The position numbers were made by a program, and so were the translations under genes. A stretch of 64,000 nucleotides of DNA, taken from positions 86,395-150,394 of the forward strand of contig UQTA01000001.1 of NCBI GenBank assembly GCA_900543885.1. Reading direction: 5' to 3'. Position 1 is the stretch's first letter; the number at the start of each line of letters is the position of its first letter. Below, piece by piece: positions 27,919 to 39,549 of the stretch. The notes under the pieces were generated by a model, which worked only from the letters and a program-made list of their open reading frames with translations, was not told the origin of the DNA and did no database searches. This DNA is from an uncultured Clostridium sp. (GTDB taxonomy: Bacteria > Bacillota > Clostridia > Lachnospirales > Lachnospiraceae).

Positions 27919-28635
27919 ATGAAAACATCAAAAACTCACGTAACAAAACTGGTATTTCTCGCCATGATGGTGGCACTGGGAGTTGTTATATCCCCCATCC
28001 TTCGTGTAGAAGGTATGTGCCCTATGGCTCATTTCATCAATGTGACCTGTGCAGTCATGCTTGGTCCCTGGTACGCATTTGTGTGTGCTCTGGCCATCGG
28101 CATCATCCGCATGGTATGTATGGGGATCCCGCCTCTGGCTTTGACCGGTGCTGTATTCGGTGCTTTCCTTTCCGGTCTGCTCTACCGCCTTTCCAAAGGT
28201 AAACTGGTCTGCGCATTCATCGGTGAAGTGATCGGAACCGGCATCATCGGCGCAATTGTTTCCTATCCGGTCATGACTCTGATCTGGGGACGTACAGGTC
28301 TTACCTGGTTCTTCTATGTACCATCCTTTATCGCAGGTACACTGATCGGCGGAAGCCTTGCCTTTATCTTCTTAAAACATTTACAGAAAGCCCATATGTT
28401 ATCCACATTCCAGGCTGCTTTAGGCTCTCAGGTCTACAATAATACAGATACTGTTGTGAATGACTCCCTGGGAATCGCATTTTTAGGTTTTATCGGATAT
28501 CTGGCTTCTACTGTCGCTGTAAAACAGTTCATTGCTGAACCTGGCCCTGTAGCAGGAAGCATTAAATATATTGTTCTCGTTGCCTTTGTTGCAATAGCAG
28601 TGGTATACTGGAATACAAATAAGAAACATGCCTGA
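27919..28635 (+). CDS. thiW: ECF-transporter S component, ThiW family (thiazole/hydroxyethylthiazole uptake)
   Basis: About 240-aa 5-6 TM protein directly upstream of thiM; start MKTSKTH behind the RBS aagaggag. Confidence 0.7.
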   Translation: MKTSKTHVTKLVFLAMMVALGVVISPILRVEGMCPMAHFINVTCAVMLGPWYAFVCALAIGIIRMVCMGIPPLALTGAVFGAFLSGLLYRLSKGKLVCAFIGEVIGTGIIGAIVSYPVMTLIWGRTGLTWFFYVPSFIAGTLIGGSLAFIFLKHLQKAHMLSTFQAALGSQVYNNTDTVVNDSLGIAFLGFIGYLASTVAVKQFIAEPGPVAGSIKYIVLVAFVAIAVVYWNTNKKHA

Positions 28636-28752
28636 TGTGCATGATACGCAATGGTAAAACAAACGCTGTGACAAGCCTGCATGGTTCTGCCACAGCGTTT
28701 TCTGTTATGCATATCTATATCCTTATAAATTTAAAGTAAAGGAGTTTTCTTT

Positions 28753-29637
28753 ATGACCATCACAGATCCAGACAAACAAGAAATCTATTACCATTTAGAA
28801 GGAGCCCGCAGTAAACTTTATGGCCTGGCGCCGCTGATCCACTGCATCACCCATCCCATTGTGATCAATGACTGCGCCAATGCAGTCCTTGCCCTTGGCG
28901 GCCGCCCTATTATGGCCGAACACCCGGTGGAAGTAGCAGATATTTCAGCCAGCGCCGCCGCCCTTACTGTCAGCCTTGGAAATATCACTGATGCAAGAGC
29001 TGAGTCCATGTTCCTGGCTGGAAAAGCTATCAAAAGAATAAATGTTGATGAAAACGCAAAAAGAGCCTCTGTGATCGACCTGGTAGGGATCACATGCAGC
29101 TCTTTCCGCATGGAACTTGCAAAACGTTTTATAAAAAAATGTGAGCCAGCTGTTATCAAGGGCAATGGCTCTGAGATACGTGCTATGGCAGGAACTGCCT
29201 TTCATGGTACTGGCGTGGATGTAAGTGCGGCTGATGCTGTAACTGCAAAAGATCCAGATACCGTTCACTCTATGGCTCATATTGCCAAAGAGCTTGCGAA
29301 AGAGACCGGCGCTGTAGTTATGGTCACAGGTGAAGTAGATATTATCGCTTCCCCTAAAAATGATTCAGTATACACCATTTATAACGGCTCTCCCAACATG
29401 GCCAAAGTAACCGGCACAGGCTGTATGCTTACCTGCATCACAGGTACTTATCTGGCTGTTACCTATGCTCTCGATGCCTGCATCCTGGCTGCTCTCACGC
29501 TGGACTGCGCCGGTGAATACGCCTATGCCGCAAAAGGTCTTGGTACCTACCATATGGAACTGATCAACCAGCTGTCACTTATGGATGAGACCAAAATTGC
29601 TCAGTTAGCAAATATGCAGGTGTTGTCTATAAAATAA
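28753..29637 (+). CDS. thiM: Hydroxyethylthiazole kinase
   Basis: 294 aa; LIHCITHPIVINDCANAVLALGG and VIKGNGSEI motifs typical of ThiM. Confidence 0.85.
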   Translation: MTITDPDKQEIYYHLEGARSKLYGLAPLIHCITHPIVINDCANAVLALGGRPIMAEHPVEVADISASAAALTVSLGNITDARAESMFLAGKAIKRINVDENAKRASVIDLVGITCSSFRMELAKRFIKKCEPAVIKGNGSEIRAMAGTAFHGTGVDVSAADAVTAKDPDTVHSMAHIAKELAKETGAVVMVTGEVDIIASPKNDSVYTIYNGSPNMAKVTGTGCMLTCITGTYLAVTYALDACILAALTLDCAGEYAYAAKGLGTYHMELINQLSLMDETKIAQLANMQVLSIK

Positions 29638-29673
29638 AAGCAGCGCCACTATTTACGTTGTAAAAACAATATT

Positions 29674-30294
29674 TCAACAATCATTTTCGTGATTTTTCAG
29701 CTGCATAAAACCTGACATCATGCAGCCGCCTGCTGCCCCGGTCTCAAGGATCCGGGGCATTTTTTCTTTTGTTATGCCGCCGATGGCATAAACAGGAATT
29801 GTCACTTCTTTACATACTCTTTCAAGAAATTCCAGACCTCTTCCCGGCAGACCCTTTTTGCAGTCTGTTTCAAATATATTTCCTGCAAATAAATAATCTG
29901 CCCCCAGGGACTCTGCCGCTTTTGCGTCCTCTACAGAATGAATGGAAGTCCCTAGAAGAGTAAGTCCTGCAGGACGTCCCATTGTTTTCAGCATGTCAAG
30001 AGGCAGGTGCAGTTTGTGATAACCTAAATGCTCTGCTGCTTTTGTAAAACGGTGAAGGATCAACGTTGTTTCAGCCTGTTGGCACAATGGAATGACCACT
30101 TTTGCCAGTTCTTCATATTTCTCTTCTGACAGATCTTTTTCCCGCAGTACCATGGCCTTTGGGTGTAAGGAAGCAATATATTCTAACTGTCTTATATATG
30201 CTTCACTCCATTCTGCCCCTGTATCAACAGCTTTATCTTCTGGTTCTTCCAAAACCAGGTGACGGTTGGTCACCGCTATCATTTTTTCGTACAT
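29674..30294 (-). CDS. thiE: Thiamine-phosphate synthase
   Basis: TIM-barrel ThiE pattern (IAVTNRHL..., VIPVYAIGGI); start placed at the internal Met MYEKMIAV. Confidence 0.8.
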   Translation of the reverse strand: MYEKMIAVTNRHLVLEEPEDKAVDTGAEWSEAYIRQLEYIASLHPKAMVLREKDLSEEKYEELAKVVIPLCQQAETTLILHRFTKAAEHLGYHKLHLPLDMLKTMGRPAGLTLLGTSIHSVEDAKAAESLGADYLFAGNIFETDCKKGLPGRGLEFLERVCKEVTIPVYAIGGITKEKMPRILETGAAGGCMMSGFMQLKNHENDC

Positions 30295-30388
30295 GAAAGA
30301 TCCTCCTACCTTTCTATGTGCTCTCAAAGTCTTTCTGTAGTTGATTTTACATAAAAAACTCCGGGAGTGCATTTCTCTCCGCTATATG

Positions 30389-30418
30389 AAAAAAGCTCCC
30401 GGAATTACTTCCGGGAGC
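30389..30418 (-). terminator. Rho-independent terminator downstream of tuf
   Basis: The minus strand reads gctcccggaagtaattccgggagc followed by tttttt. Confidence 0.6.
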
Positions 30419-30482
30419 AAAATCGTTTGAGCATAATGTCCATTCAGACATGTTGTATTACTTATATATAAAATCTGTAAAA

Positions 30483-31676
30483 TTATTCGATGATAGATAC
30501 AACTCTACCAGAACCTACAGTACGTCCGCCTTCACGGATAGCGAAACGAAGTCCCTGCTCCATAGCTACTGGATGGATCAGTTCAACGGTCATTTCTACG
30601 TTATCGCCAGGCATACACATCTCAGTACCAGCTGGTAACTCGCAAACGCCAGTTACGTCAGTTGTTCTGAAGTAGAACTGTGGACGATAGTTGTTGAAGA
30701 AAGGTGTATGACGGCCGCCCTCGTCCTTAGTCAGAACGTAAACCTGAGCGGTAAATTTGTGATGGCAATGTACAGAACCTGGCTTGCACAGACACTGTCC
30801 ACGCTCGATCTCAGTTCTCTGAACACCACGCAGCAGAGCACCGATGTTATCACCAGCCTCAGCGCTGTCAAGGAGCTTACGGAACATCTCGATACCGGTT
30901 ACAACAGTCTTACGGGTATCTTCATGAATACCAACGATCTCAACTTCGTCGTTCAGGTTCAGAGTACCACGCTCTACTCTACCAGTAGCAACAGTACCAC
31001 GACCAGTAATGGTGAATACGTCCTCTACAGGCATCAGGAAAGGCTTATCTGTTTCACGAACAGGATCTGGAATCCAGCTATCAACTGCATCCATCAGTTC
31101 CATGATCTTGTCGCCCCATGGGCCGTTTGGATCTTCCAGAGCCTTCAGAGCGGAACCCTGGATGATAGGAGTATCATCGCCTGGGAACTCATACTCGTTC
31201 AGCAGTTCACGGATTTCCATGTCTACTAATTCAAGTAACTCAGGATCGTCTACCATATCACACTTGTTCATGAATACTACGATGTAAGGTACACCTACCT
31301 GACGGGACAGAAGGATGTGCTCTCTTGTCTGAGCCATAACACCATCAGTAGCAGCTACAACAAGGATAGCTCCGTCCATCTGAGCAGCACCAGTGATCAT
31401 GTTCTTAACGTAGTCAGCATGTCCTGGGCAGTCAACGTGTGCATAGTGTCTCTTCTCAGTCTGATACTCAACGTGTGCAGTAGAGATGGTGATACCACGC
31501 TCTCTCTCTTCTGGAGCCTTATCGATATTCTCGAAATCTACCTTTGCGTTTCCTGCAACTCTTTCTGCCAGAACCTTGGTAATAGCAGCGGTCAGAGTAG
31601 TTTTACCATGGTCAACGTGTCCGATGGTACCAATGTTACAATGAGGTTTAGTTCTTTCAAACTTAGCTTTAGCCAT
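30483..31676 (-). CDS. tuf: Elongation factor Tu
   Basis: [28 protein letters not shown]...; 397 aa. Confidence 0.97.
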   Translation of the reverse strand: MAKAKFERTKPHCNIGTIGHVDHGKTTLTAAITKVLAERVAGNAKVDFENIDKAPEERERGITISTAHVEYQTEKRHYAHVDCPGHADYVKNMITGAAQMDGAILVVAATDGVMAQTREHILLSRQVGVPYIVVFMNKCDMVDDPELLELVDMEIRELLNEYEFPGDDTPIIQGSALKALEDPNGPWGDKIMELMDAVDSWIPDPVRETDKPFLMPVEDVFTITGRGTVATGRVERGTLNLNDEVEIVGIHEDTRKTVVTGIEMFRKLLDSAEAGDNIGALLRGVQRTEIERGQCLCKPGSVHCHHKFTAQVYVLTKDEGGRHTPFFNNYRPQFYFRTTDVTGVCELPAGTEMCMPGDNVEMTVELIHPVAMEQGLRFAIREGGRTVGSGRVVSIIE

Positions 31677-31863
31677 TTTATAACGTCCTCCTTAATTTGT
31701 GCCCCTGTATATGTGTGGGGCTAATATAGTTAATGTCAGGCTATCAACCATTATATGATATTTCACCTTGATTTACAAGCCTTTTTTAGATTTTATACAG
31801 AGTCCTCCCCTGGCAGATTACCAGGAGAAGATCTCTGTTATTGTTTGCATTTTCTATGCACAA

Positions 31864-33981
31864 TTATTTCTTATGATCAGCAAGAACTTTCTCCTGAACG
31901 TTCTTTGGAACCTGCTCATATTTCTCGAAGAACATAGAGTAGTTACCACGACCCTGAGTTCTGGAACGCAGGTCTGTGGAGTAACCGAACATCTCAGACA
32001 GCGGAACATATGCCTTAACCATCTTACCACCGCCGATATCTTCCATACCTTCGATACGGCCACGACGGGAGTTGATATCACCGATTACATCACCCATGTA
32101 TTCTTCTGGCATGGTAACTTCAACCTTCATGATAGGCTCAAGAAGAACTGGATTGCCCTTTGCCATAGCATCCTTGAATGCCATAGATCCAGCAATGTGG
32201 AATGCCATTTCAGAAGAGTCGACTTCATGGTAAGAACCATCATATACATCAGCGCATACACCCAGTACTGGGAATCCGCCAAGGATACCGGTCTTAGCAG
32301 CCTCTTCAATACCTTCGCCAACTGCTGGGATATATTCCTTAGGAATAGCACCACCAACAACGGAAGAAGTGAACTTGAAGGTCTCTTCTGCGTTTGGATC
32401 CATTGGTGTGAAGTGAACTTTACAATGTCCGTACTGTCCACGGCCACCGGACTGCTTAGCATACTTGCTGTCTACATCAACAGCCTTAGTAAAGGTTTCC
32501 TTATAAGCTACCTGAGGAGCACCTACGTTAGCCTCTACGTTGAATTCACGCAGCAGACGGTCTACGATGATGTCCAGATGTAACTCGCCCATACCGGAGA
32601 TAATGGTCTGACCAGTTTCTTCGTCGGTACGAACACGGAAAGTAGGATCTTCTTCTGCCAGCTTTACAAGAGCATCGCCCATCTTATCCTGGCTTGCTTT
32701 TGTCTTAGGCTCGATAGCGATATCGATAACTGGCTCTGGGAATTCCATGGATTCAAGAATTACTGGATGCTGCTCATCACAGATGGTATCACCAGTAGTT
32801 GTATTCTTGAAACCAACAGCTGCTGCAATATCACCAGAGTATACACGATCAAGTTCGTGTCTCTTGTTTGCATGCATCTGAAGGATACGTCCTACACGCT
32901 CCTTCTTATCCTTTGTAGCATTCAGTACATAAGAACCAGATGCTAAAGAACCAGAGTAAACACGGAAATAAGCCAGCTTACCAACGAATGGGTCAGTCAT
33001 AATCTTAAATGCAAGAGCTGCAAATGGCTCATCATCAGAAGAATGACGTACTACTTCGTTGCCTTCCAGATCCACACCCTTGATAGATGGGATATCGGTT
33101 GGTGCAGGCATATATTCAAGGATTGCATCCAGAAGCTTCTGAACGCCCTTGTTACGATAAGCGGAACCACAGCATACAGGAATTGCTGTACACTCACAGG
33201 TTGCCTTTCTTAATGCTTTCTTTAAATCATCTACAGATGGCTCTTCACCTTCCAGATACTGCATCATCAGATCATCATCCAGCTCGCAGATCTTCTCTAC
33301 TAACTCGGTGTGATATAATTCAGCATCATCCTTCATGTCTTCAGGGATCTCACAGATGGTAACATCTTCACCCTTATCATCATTGTAGATGTAAGCATCC
33401 ATTTCAAACAGGTCGATGATTCCCTTGAATTCATCTTCCTTGCCGATTGGCAGCTGTAAAACAATCGGGTTCTTGCCCAGACGGGTCTTGATCTGCTCTA
33501 CTGCGCCGTAGAAGTTTGCACCAAGGATGTCCATCTTGTTGATGAATGCCATACGAGGTACATTGTATGTGTCAGCCTGACGCCATACGTTCTCGGACTG
33601 TGGTTCAACACCGCCCTTTGCGCAGAAAACGCCGACAGCACCATCCAGTACACGCAGAGAACGCTCAACCTCAACGGTAAAGTCAACGTGTCCAGGGGTA
33701 TCAATGATATTGATACGATGCTCTAAAGCACCAGCCTTTGGCTTGCAGTGATCCTGCAGAGTCCAATGGCAGGTAGTAGCAGCGGAAGTAATAGTAATAC
33801 CTCTTTCCTGCTCCTGGGCCATCCAGTCCATGGTAGCAGTACCTTCATGAGTATCACCGATTTTATAGTTTACACCAGTGTAATACAGAATACGCTCGGT
33901 CAATGTGGTCTTACCAGCATCAATATGAGCCATGATTCCGATATTTCTGGTTCTCTCCAATGGATATTCTCTTCCAGCCAA
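31864..33981 (-). CDS. fusA: Elongation factor G
   Basis: [15 protein letters not shown]...; probable TTG start (LAGREYPLE read as M) 8 nt after the RBS aaggagg. Confidence 0.95.
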   Translation of the reverse strand: MAGREYPLERTRNIGIMAHIDAGKTTLTERILYYTGVNYKIGDTHEGTATMDWMAQEQERGITITSAATTCHWTLQDHCKPKAGALEHRINIIDTPGHVDFTVEVERSLRVLDGAVGVFCAKGGVEPQSENVWRQADTYNVPRMAFINKMDILGANFYGAVEQIKTRLGKNPIVLQLPIGKEDEFKGIIDLFEMDAYIYNDDKGEDVTICEIPEDMKDDAELYHTELVEKICELDDDLMMQYLEGEEPSVDDLKKALRKATCECTAIPVCCGSAYRNKGVQKLLDAILEYMPAPTDIPSIKGVDLEGNEVVRHSSDDEPFAALAFKIMTDPFVGKLAYFRVYSGSLASGSYVLNATKDKKERVGRILQMHANKRHELDRVYSGDIAAAVGFKNTTTGDTICDEQHPVILESMEFPEPVIDIAIEPKTKASQDKMGDALVKLAEEDPTFRVRTDEETGQTIISGMGELHLDIIVDRLLREFNVEANVGAPQVAYKETFTKAVDVDSKYAKQSGGRGQYGHCKVHFTPMDPNAEETFKFTSSVVGGAIPKEYIPAVGEGIEEAAKTGILGGFPVLGVCADVYDGSYHEVDSSEMAFHIAGSMAFKDAMAKGNPVLLEPIMKVEVTMPEEYMGDVIGDINSRRGRIEGMEDIGGGKMVKAYVPLSEMFGYSTDLRSRTQGRGNYSMFFEKYEQVPKNVQEKVLADHKK

Positions 33982-34023
33982 GGGATTTTCCTCCTTAAAA
34001 TAGTGAAAAAAGGAAACCTGCAA

Positions 34024-34527
<504 letters not shown>

Positions 34528-34714
34528 TCATATCCTTGGCAGGTTTACATTAACTCGTCGGTACTCACATGTTTCCATAAAATGTGTTCGTGCTCGGTCA
34601 ATATATTTCCTGCAACCACAGGTTCAATATCACAATCCGGCACAACAAAGCAGTTCAGTATTTACTGACTGCAGTCACTTTACTGCTGTTAGTGATTCCA
34701 GTTTTAAATTTTAA

Positions 34715-35134
34715 TTACTTTTTGTCTTTTGGTCTCTTAGCGCCGTATTTGGAACGAGCCTGCTTTCTGTTAGCAACACCTGCTGTATCCAGTGTACCTC
34801 TTACGATATGATATCTGGTACCTGGCAGGTCCTTTACTCTTCCTCCACGGATCAGAACAACGCTGTGCTCCTGAAGGTTGTGACCTTCTCCTGGGATGTA
34901 GCTTGTTACTTCGATACCATTGGAAAGACGTACTCTGGCGATCTTTCTAAGTGCAGAGTTAGGTTTCTTAGGGGTAGCAGTCTTAACAGCGGTACAAACG
35001 CCACGCTTCTGTGGTGCAGATACGTCTGTTGCTTTCTTCTGTAAAGAGTTGTAACCCTTCTGCAGAGCTGGTGCAGTAGACTTCTTTGCGCTGGTCTGTC
35101 TTCCCTTTCTTACTAACTGGTTAAATGTTGGCAT
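34715..35134 (-). CDS. rpsL: 30S ribosomal protein S12
   Basis: [13 protein letters not shown]...; 139 aa. Confidence 0.95.
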   Translation of the reverse strand: MPTFNQLVRKGRQTSAKKSTAPALQKGYNSLQKKATDVSAPQKRGVCTAVKTATPKKPNSALRKIARVRLSNGIEVTSYIPGEGHNLQEHSVVLIRGGRVKDLPGTRYHIVRGTLDTAGVANRKQARSKYGAKRPKDKK

Positions 35135-35225
35135 CCTTTTCACCTCCTGTGATATTGACTGTTGGTTGCTGTGTCTTTCAGCTTGTTGTTATGCAAAGAG
35201 CTAAGCACTTTGCACACACCTTTTT

Positions 35226-35253
35226 ATTATAGCATGGGGAAATAATCTGTCAA
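35226..35253 (-). promoter_or_regulatory. Candidate sigma-A promoter (TTGACA-16-TATAAT) for rpsL-rpsG-fusA-tuf
   Basis: The minus strand reads cttgacagattatttccccatgctataat. Confidence 0.4.
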
Positions 35254-35274
35254 GAGGATTTTTTAAATATTTTG

Positions 35275-35402
35275 CTACAGTTCAGCCTTGCGAAGATTTA
35301 GGGTCAAAAGCACGTTGAACATTTCAATACGGCAAATTCCCGCTGCCACTACGTTATCGTACGGCACTTTCGGTTCCAAAAGTGCCTACCCGTGTACAGT
35401 AA
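35275..35402. repeat. Divergent copy of the MITE-like repeat family
   Basis: ctacagttcagccttgcgaagatttagggtcaaaag...gtgtacagtaac; internal hairpin cggcactttcggttccaaaagtgcc. Confidence 0.5.
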
Positions 35403-35595
35403 CATTATGCATTCAGATAATCCAATGCAAACTGTACATAAATGCCGGTACCGTGGAACAGAACATCTTCATCTACATCAAAGGCCGGATGATGATGATG
35501 AGCAGCCGTAATCCCCAGCTCCTTTAAACTGGAAACCAGGTATGCCGTAGTATTTTTTTCTTCATAAGAAAGCTTTGGATGCTGATGCAGAGTGC

Positions 35596-35642
35596 ATGCA
35601 AAAAGGACGCAGGGAATCCGCCTATACAGCCGGACACCTGCG
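35596..35642 (-). terminator. Rho-independent terminator downstream of rpoC
   Basis: The minus strand reads ggacgcaggtgtccggctgtataggcggattccctgcgtcc followed by ttttt. Confidence 0.6.
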
Positions 35643-35681
35643 TCCTCAGATCTGATTCTTTTACAAATCAGCTTCTATATT

Positions 35682-38600
35682 TTATTCTTCTGTTTCATCT
35701 GTATCCTCAAATGCATCTTCTGCATCCTCGGTCTCGTCCATGTCCAGAACTTCTTCTGCTACATTGTCCTCAGAGATCTCAGAATCTTCTGCTGCATCAG
35801 ATGCGATATCATCATCCTCTAATACGGAGATTTCATCATCTTCTGTAAGAAGTCTGTCATCTGTATCCAGTTTTACATTACGGTAACGCTTCATACCTGT
35901 ACCAGCAGGAATTGGCTTACCGATGATTACGTTCTCCTTGATACCGATCAGGTGGTCAACCTTACCATTAATAGCAGCCTCTGTCAGAACCTTCGTGGTC
36001 TCCTGGAAGGATGCTGCTGATAAGAAGGAATCTGTTGCAAGAGATGCCTTGGTGATACCAAGCATTACCTGCTTGCCTTCTGCAGGCTGTTTGCCCTGAG
36101 CGATCAGTTCTTCATTCATCTCGTTGAAGTCAAGAACATCCATAGATACACCTGGGAGAACATTGCTGTCGCCGCTCTCTTCAATGCGGATCTTCTTTAA
36201 CATCTGGTGTACGATCATTTCGATGTGCTTATCGTTGATCTCAACACCCTGGAGACGGTATACACGCTGAACTTCCTGGATCATGTAATCCTGTACAGCA
36301 CGAACGCCCTTGATCTTTAAGATATCATGCGGATTTACACTACCTTCTGTCAGCTCATCACCAGCTTCCAGAACCTGTCCTTCCATAACCTTGATTCTGG
36401 ATCCGTATGGGATCAGATAGGTCTTGGAATTACCGCTTTCCATATCTGTAACTGTGATCTCACGTTTCTTCTTGGTATCCTTGATATCAACAACACCGCC
36501 GAATTCGGTGATGATCGCAAGACCCTTTGGCTTACGTGCCTCAAAAAGCTCCTCGACACGAGGAAGACCCTGTGTAATATCGCCGCCGGCAACACCACCG
36601 GTATGGAATGTACGCATGGTCAGCTGTGTACCAGGCTCACCGATAGACTGAGCTGCGATGATACCAACAGCTTCACCAACCTGTACAGGCTGTCCGGTTG
36701 CCATGTTTGCGCCGTAGCACTTTGCACACACACCAATGTGGGACTTACAGCTTAATACGGTACGGATCTTAACAGACTTGCGTCCTAACTTGTTCAGAAC
36801 CTTCATAACAGCTGCAGCACGTTTTGGTGTACACATATGATTAGCCTTGATCACTACTTCACCTGTATCCGGATCAGTAATCGTCTCAGCGATATAACGT
36901 CCTGTGATTCTCTCTTCCAGATCTTCGATCACTTCGTTTCCATCCATGAAAGCCTTAATCTCCATGTAAGGGATCTCTTTGCCTTCACAGCAGTCAACCT
37001 CACGGATGATCAGATCCTGAGATACGTCTACCAGTCGTCTGGTCAGATAACCAGAGTCCGCAGTACGAAGAGCGGTATCGGACAGACCTTTACGTGCACC
37101 ATGAGCGGAGATGAAGTACTCCAGTACGTCAAGACCTTCACGGAAGTTGGACTTAATAGGAAGTTCGATGGTATGACCAGTTGTATCTGCCATCAGTCCT
37201 CGCATACCGGCCAGCTGTTTGATCTGCTTATCAGATCCTCGCGCACCAGAGTCAGCCATCATGAAGATGTTGTTGTACTTATCAAGACCAGTTAACAGGT
37301 CATGAGTCAGCTGATCATCGGTGGTCTTCCAGGTTTCAATAACCTCTTTATAACGTTCTTCCTCGGTAATAAGACCGCGGCGGTAGTTCTTTGCAATGTG
37401 GTCTACTGTTGCCTGAGCATCAGCGATCAGCTTCGGCTTGCTTGCAGGTACGGTCATATCAGAAATAGATACGGTCATAGCTGCTCTGGTAGAGAACTTG
37501 TAACCAATTGCCTTGATATCATCCAGTGTAACAGCAGTCTGGGTAGCGCCGTGTACATTGATAACTTTTTCAAGGATCTGCTTTAACTGCTTCTTAGCTA
37601 CATGGAAGTCAACTTCCAGTTTCAGCTCATTTTCAGGAATGCTTCTGTCTACAAAGCCTAAGTCCTGAGGAATGATCTCGTTGAAGATAAAACGTCCGAT
37701 GGTGGACTCGATCACACCAGTCTTAACAGTGCCATCCGGCATTGTCTTGGAAACTCTTACCTTAACTCTTGAGTGCAGAGTTGCCTCCTGGTTCTCATAA
37801 GCCAGGATTGCTTCGTTTACACTCTTGAAGATCATGCCTTCGCCCTTAGCGCCAGGACGCTCCTGGGTCAGATAGTAGATACCAAGTACCATATCCTGTG
37901 AAGGAACGGCTACAGGACCACCATCAGAAGGCTTTAACAGGTTGTTCGGGCTTAACAGAAGAAAACGGCACTCTGCCTGTGCTTCTACGGACAGAGGAAG
38001 ATGAACTGCCATCTGGTCACCGTCGAAGTCGGCGTTGAACGCGGTACAAACAAGTGGATGCAGCTTAATCGCTTTACCTTCTACCAGGATCGGCTCAAAT
38101 GCCTGGATACCAAGTCTGTGCAGTGTAGGAGCACGGTTTAACATAACCGGATGCTCTTTAATAACATCTTCCAGAACATCCCATACTTCTGTCTGAAGCT
38201 TTTCAACCATCTTCTTTGCATTCTTAATGTTGTGAGCAGTACCGTTTGCTACTAACTCTTTCATTACGAATGGCTTGAACAGCTCGATCGCCATTTCTTT
38301 TGGCAGACCGCACTGATAGATCTTTAATTCAGGACCAACAACGATAACGGAACGTCCAGAATAGTCAACACGCTTACCTAACAGGTTCTGACGGAAACGT
38401 CCCTGCTTACCCTTTAACATATCGGAAAGAGACTTAAGAGCACGGTTTCCAGGTCCTGTTACAGGACGGCCGCGGCGGCCATTGTCGATCAGGGCATCAA
38501 CTGCTTCCTGAAGCATACGCTTTTCGTTGCGGACAATGATATCCGGAGCGCCAAGCTCTAACAGTCTTGCCAGACGGTTATTACGGTTGATGATTCTTCT

Positions 38601-39530
38601 GTATAAGTCGTTTAAGTCACTGGTTGCAAAACGTCCTCCGTCCAGCTGTACCATAGGACGGATATCCGGCGGGATAACAGGAATAACATCCATGATCATC
38701 CATTCAGGGCGGTTTCCGGAGCTTAAGAATGCCTCTACAACTTCCAGACGCTTGATGATCCTTGCACGTTTCTGGCCGCTTGCATCGATCAGCTGCTTTC
38801 TTAACTCAGCAGAATCTTTTTCCAGGTCGATTGCTTTTAACAGCTCCTGGATCGCCTCAGCACCCATTCCTACACGGAATGCAGTGCTGCTGCCATATTT
38901 TTCTACTTCTTCACGGTATTCCTTTTCAGATAATACCTGCTTGTACTGAAGGCTTGTTACGCCTGGATCCAGTACAACATAAGAAGCAAAGTACAGAACT
39001 TTCTCCAGAGTTCTTGGAGAAATATCAAGGATCAGACCCATACGGCTTGGGATTCCCTTGAAGTACCAGATATGGGAAACAGGAGCAGCAAGCTCAATAC
39101 GTCCCATACGCTCTCTTCTGACGCTGGACTTGGTAACTTCAACGCCGCAGCGATCACAGATCACGCCTTTATAACGGATCTTCTTGTACTTTCCGCAGTG
39201 GCACTCCCAGTCCTTGCTCGGTCCAAAGATTCTTTCACAGAAAAGTCCGTCTTTCTCAGGTTTTAAAGTTCTGTAGTTAATGGTCTCAGGCTTCTTTACA
39301 ACGCCGTGATCCCACCAGTCTTTCCACTCCTTAGAAGGAGCGCCTGCAGGCTCAGGCATACGGTTGCGCATTGCACCCTGCTCCCACCATTCTTTCCACT
39401 GCTTGCTTGGCTTATCTGCAGGCTCCGGAGTTCTGTGTGTCCAGGAGCGGATCTTTTCAGGGGAAGCCAGACCTATTTTAATGGCATCAAACGCCATTGG
39501 ATGATAAGTTTCATTTGTTGTTTCCGGCAT
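35682..39530 (-). CDS. rpoC: DNA-directed RNA polymerase subunit beta' with an N-terminal 45-aa Trp-rich tandem-repeat insertion and an acidic C-terminal tail
   Basis: Zinc-ribbon CERIFGP...CHCGKY...CDRCG, NADFDGD active site; start MPETT behind the RBS gaagggag, 19 nt after the rpoB stop. Confidence 0.97.
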   Translation of the reverse strand: MPETTNETYHPMAFDAIKIGLASPEKIRSWTHRTPEPADKPSKQWKEWWEQGAMRNRMPEPAGAPSKEWKDWWDHGVVKKPETINYRTLKPEKDGLFCERIFGPSKDWECHCGKYKKIRYKGVICDRCGVEVTKSSVRRERMGRIELAAPVSHIWYFKGIPSRMGLILDISPRTLEKVLYFASYVVLDPGVTSLQYKQVLSEKEYREEVEKYGSSTAFRVGMGAEAIQELLKAIDLEKDSAELRKQLIDASGQKRARIIKRLEVVEAFLSSGNRPEWMIMDVIPVIPPDIRPMVQLDGGRFATSDLNDLYRRIINRNNRLARLLELGAPDIIVRNEKRMLQEAVDALIDNGRRGRPVTGPGNRALKSLSDMLKGKQGRFRQNLLGKRVDYSGRSVIVVGPELKIYQCGLPKEMAIELFKPFVMKELVANGTAHNIKNAKKMVEKLQTEVWDVLEDVIKEHPVMLNRAPTLHRLGIQAFEPILVEGKAIKLHPLVCTAFNADFDGDQMAVHLPLSVEAQAECRFLLLSPNNLLKPSDGGPVAVPSQDMVLGIYYLTQERPGAKGEGMIFKSVNEAILAYENQEATLHSRVKVRVSKTMPDGTVKTGVIESTIGRFIFNEIIPQDLGFVDRSIPENELKLEVDFHVAKKQLKQILEKVINVHGATQTAVTLDDIKAIGYKFSTRAAMTVSISDMTVPASKPKLIADAQATVDHIAKNYRRGLITEEERYKEVIETWKTTDDQLTHDLLTGLDKYNNIFMMADSGARGSDKQIKQLAGMRGLMADTTGHTIELPIKSNFREGLDVLEYFISAHGARKGLSDTALRTADSGYLTRRLVDVSQDLIIREVDCCEGKEIPYMEIKAFMDGNEVIEDLEERITGRYIAETITDPDTGEVVIKANHMCTPKRAAAVMKVLNKLGRKSVKIRTVLSCKSHIGVCAKCYGANMATGQPVQVGEAVGIIAAQSIGEPGTQLTMRTFHTGGVAGGDITQGLPRVEELFEARKPKGLAIITEFGGVVDIKDTKKKREITVTDMESGNSKTYLIPYGSRIKVMEGQVLEAGDELTEGSVNPHDILKIKGVRAVQDYMIQEVQRVYRLQGVEINDKHIEMIVHQMLKKIRIEESGDSNVLPGVSMDVLDFNEMNEELIAQGKQPAEGKQVMLGITKASLATDSFLSAASFQETTKVLTEAAINGKVDHLIGIKENVIIGKPIPAGTGMKRYRNVKLDTDDRLLTEDDEISVLEDDDIASDAAEDSEISEDNVAEEVLDMDETEDAEDAFEDTDETEE

Positions 39531-39549
39531 GAGCTTATACTCCCTTCTA

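Noticed and set aside
36327-36755. Antisense ORFs inside rpoC, rpoB, jetC and the decarboxylase genes (e.g. 36327-36755, 40975-41376, 57075-57719, 14836-15357)
   Set aside because: They are shadow ORFs on the strand opposite to strongly supported genes, with no independent support.
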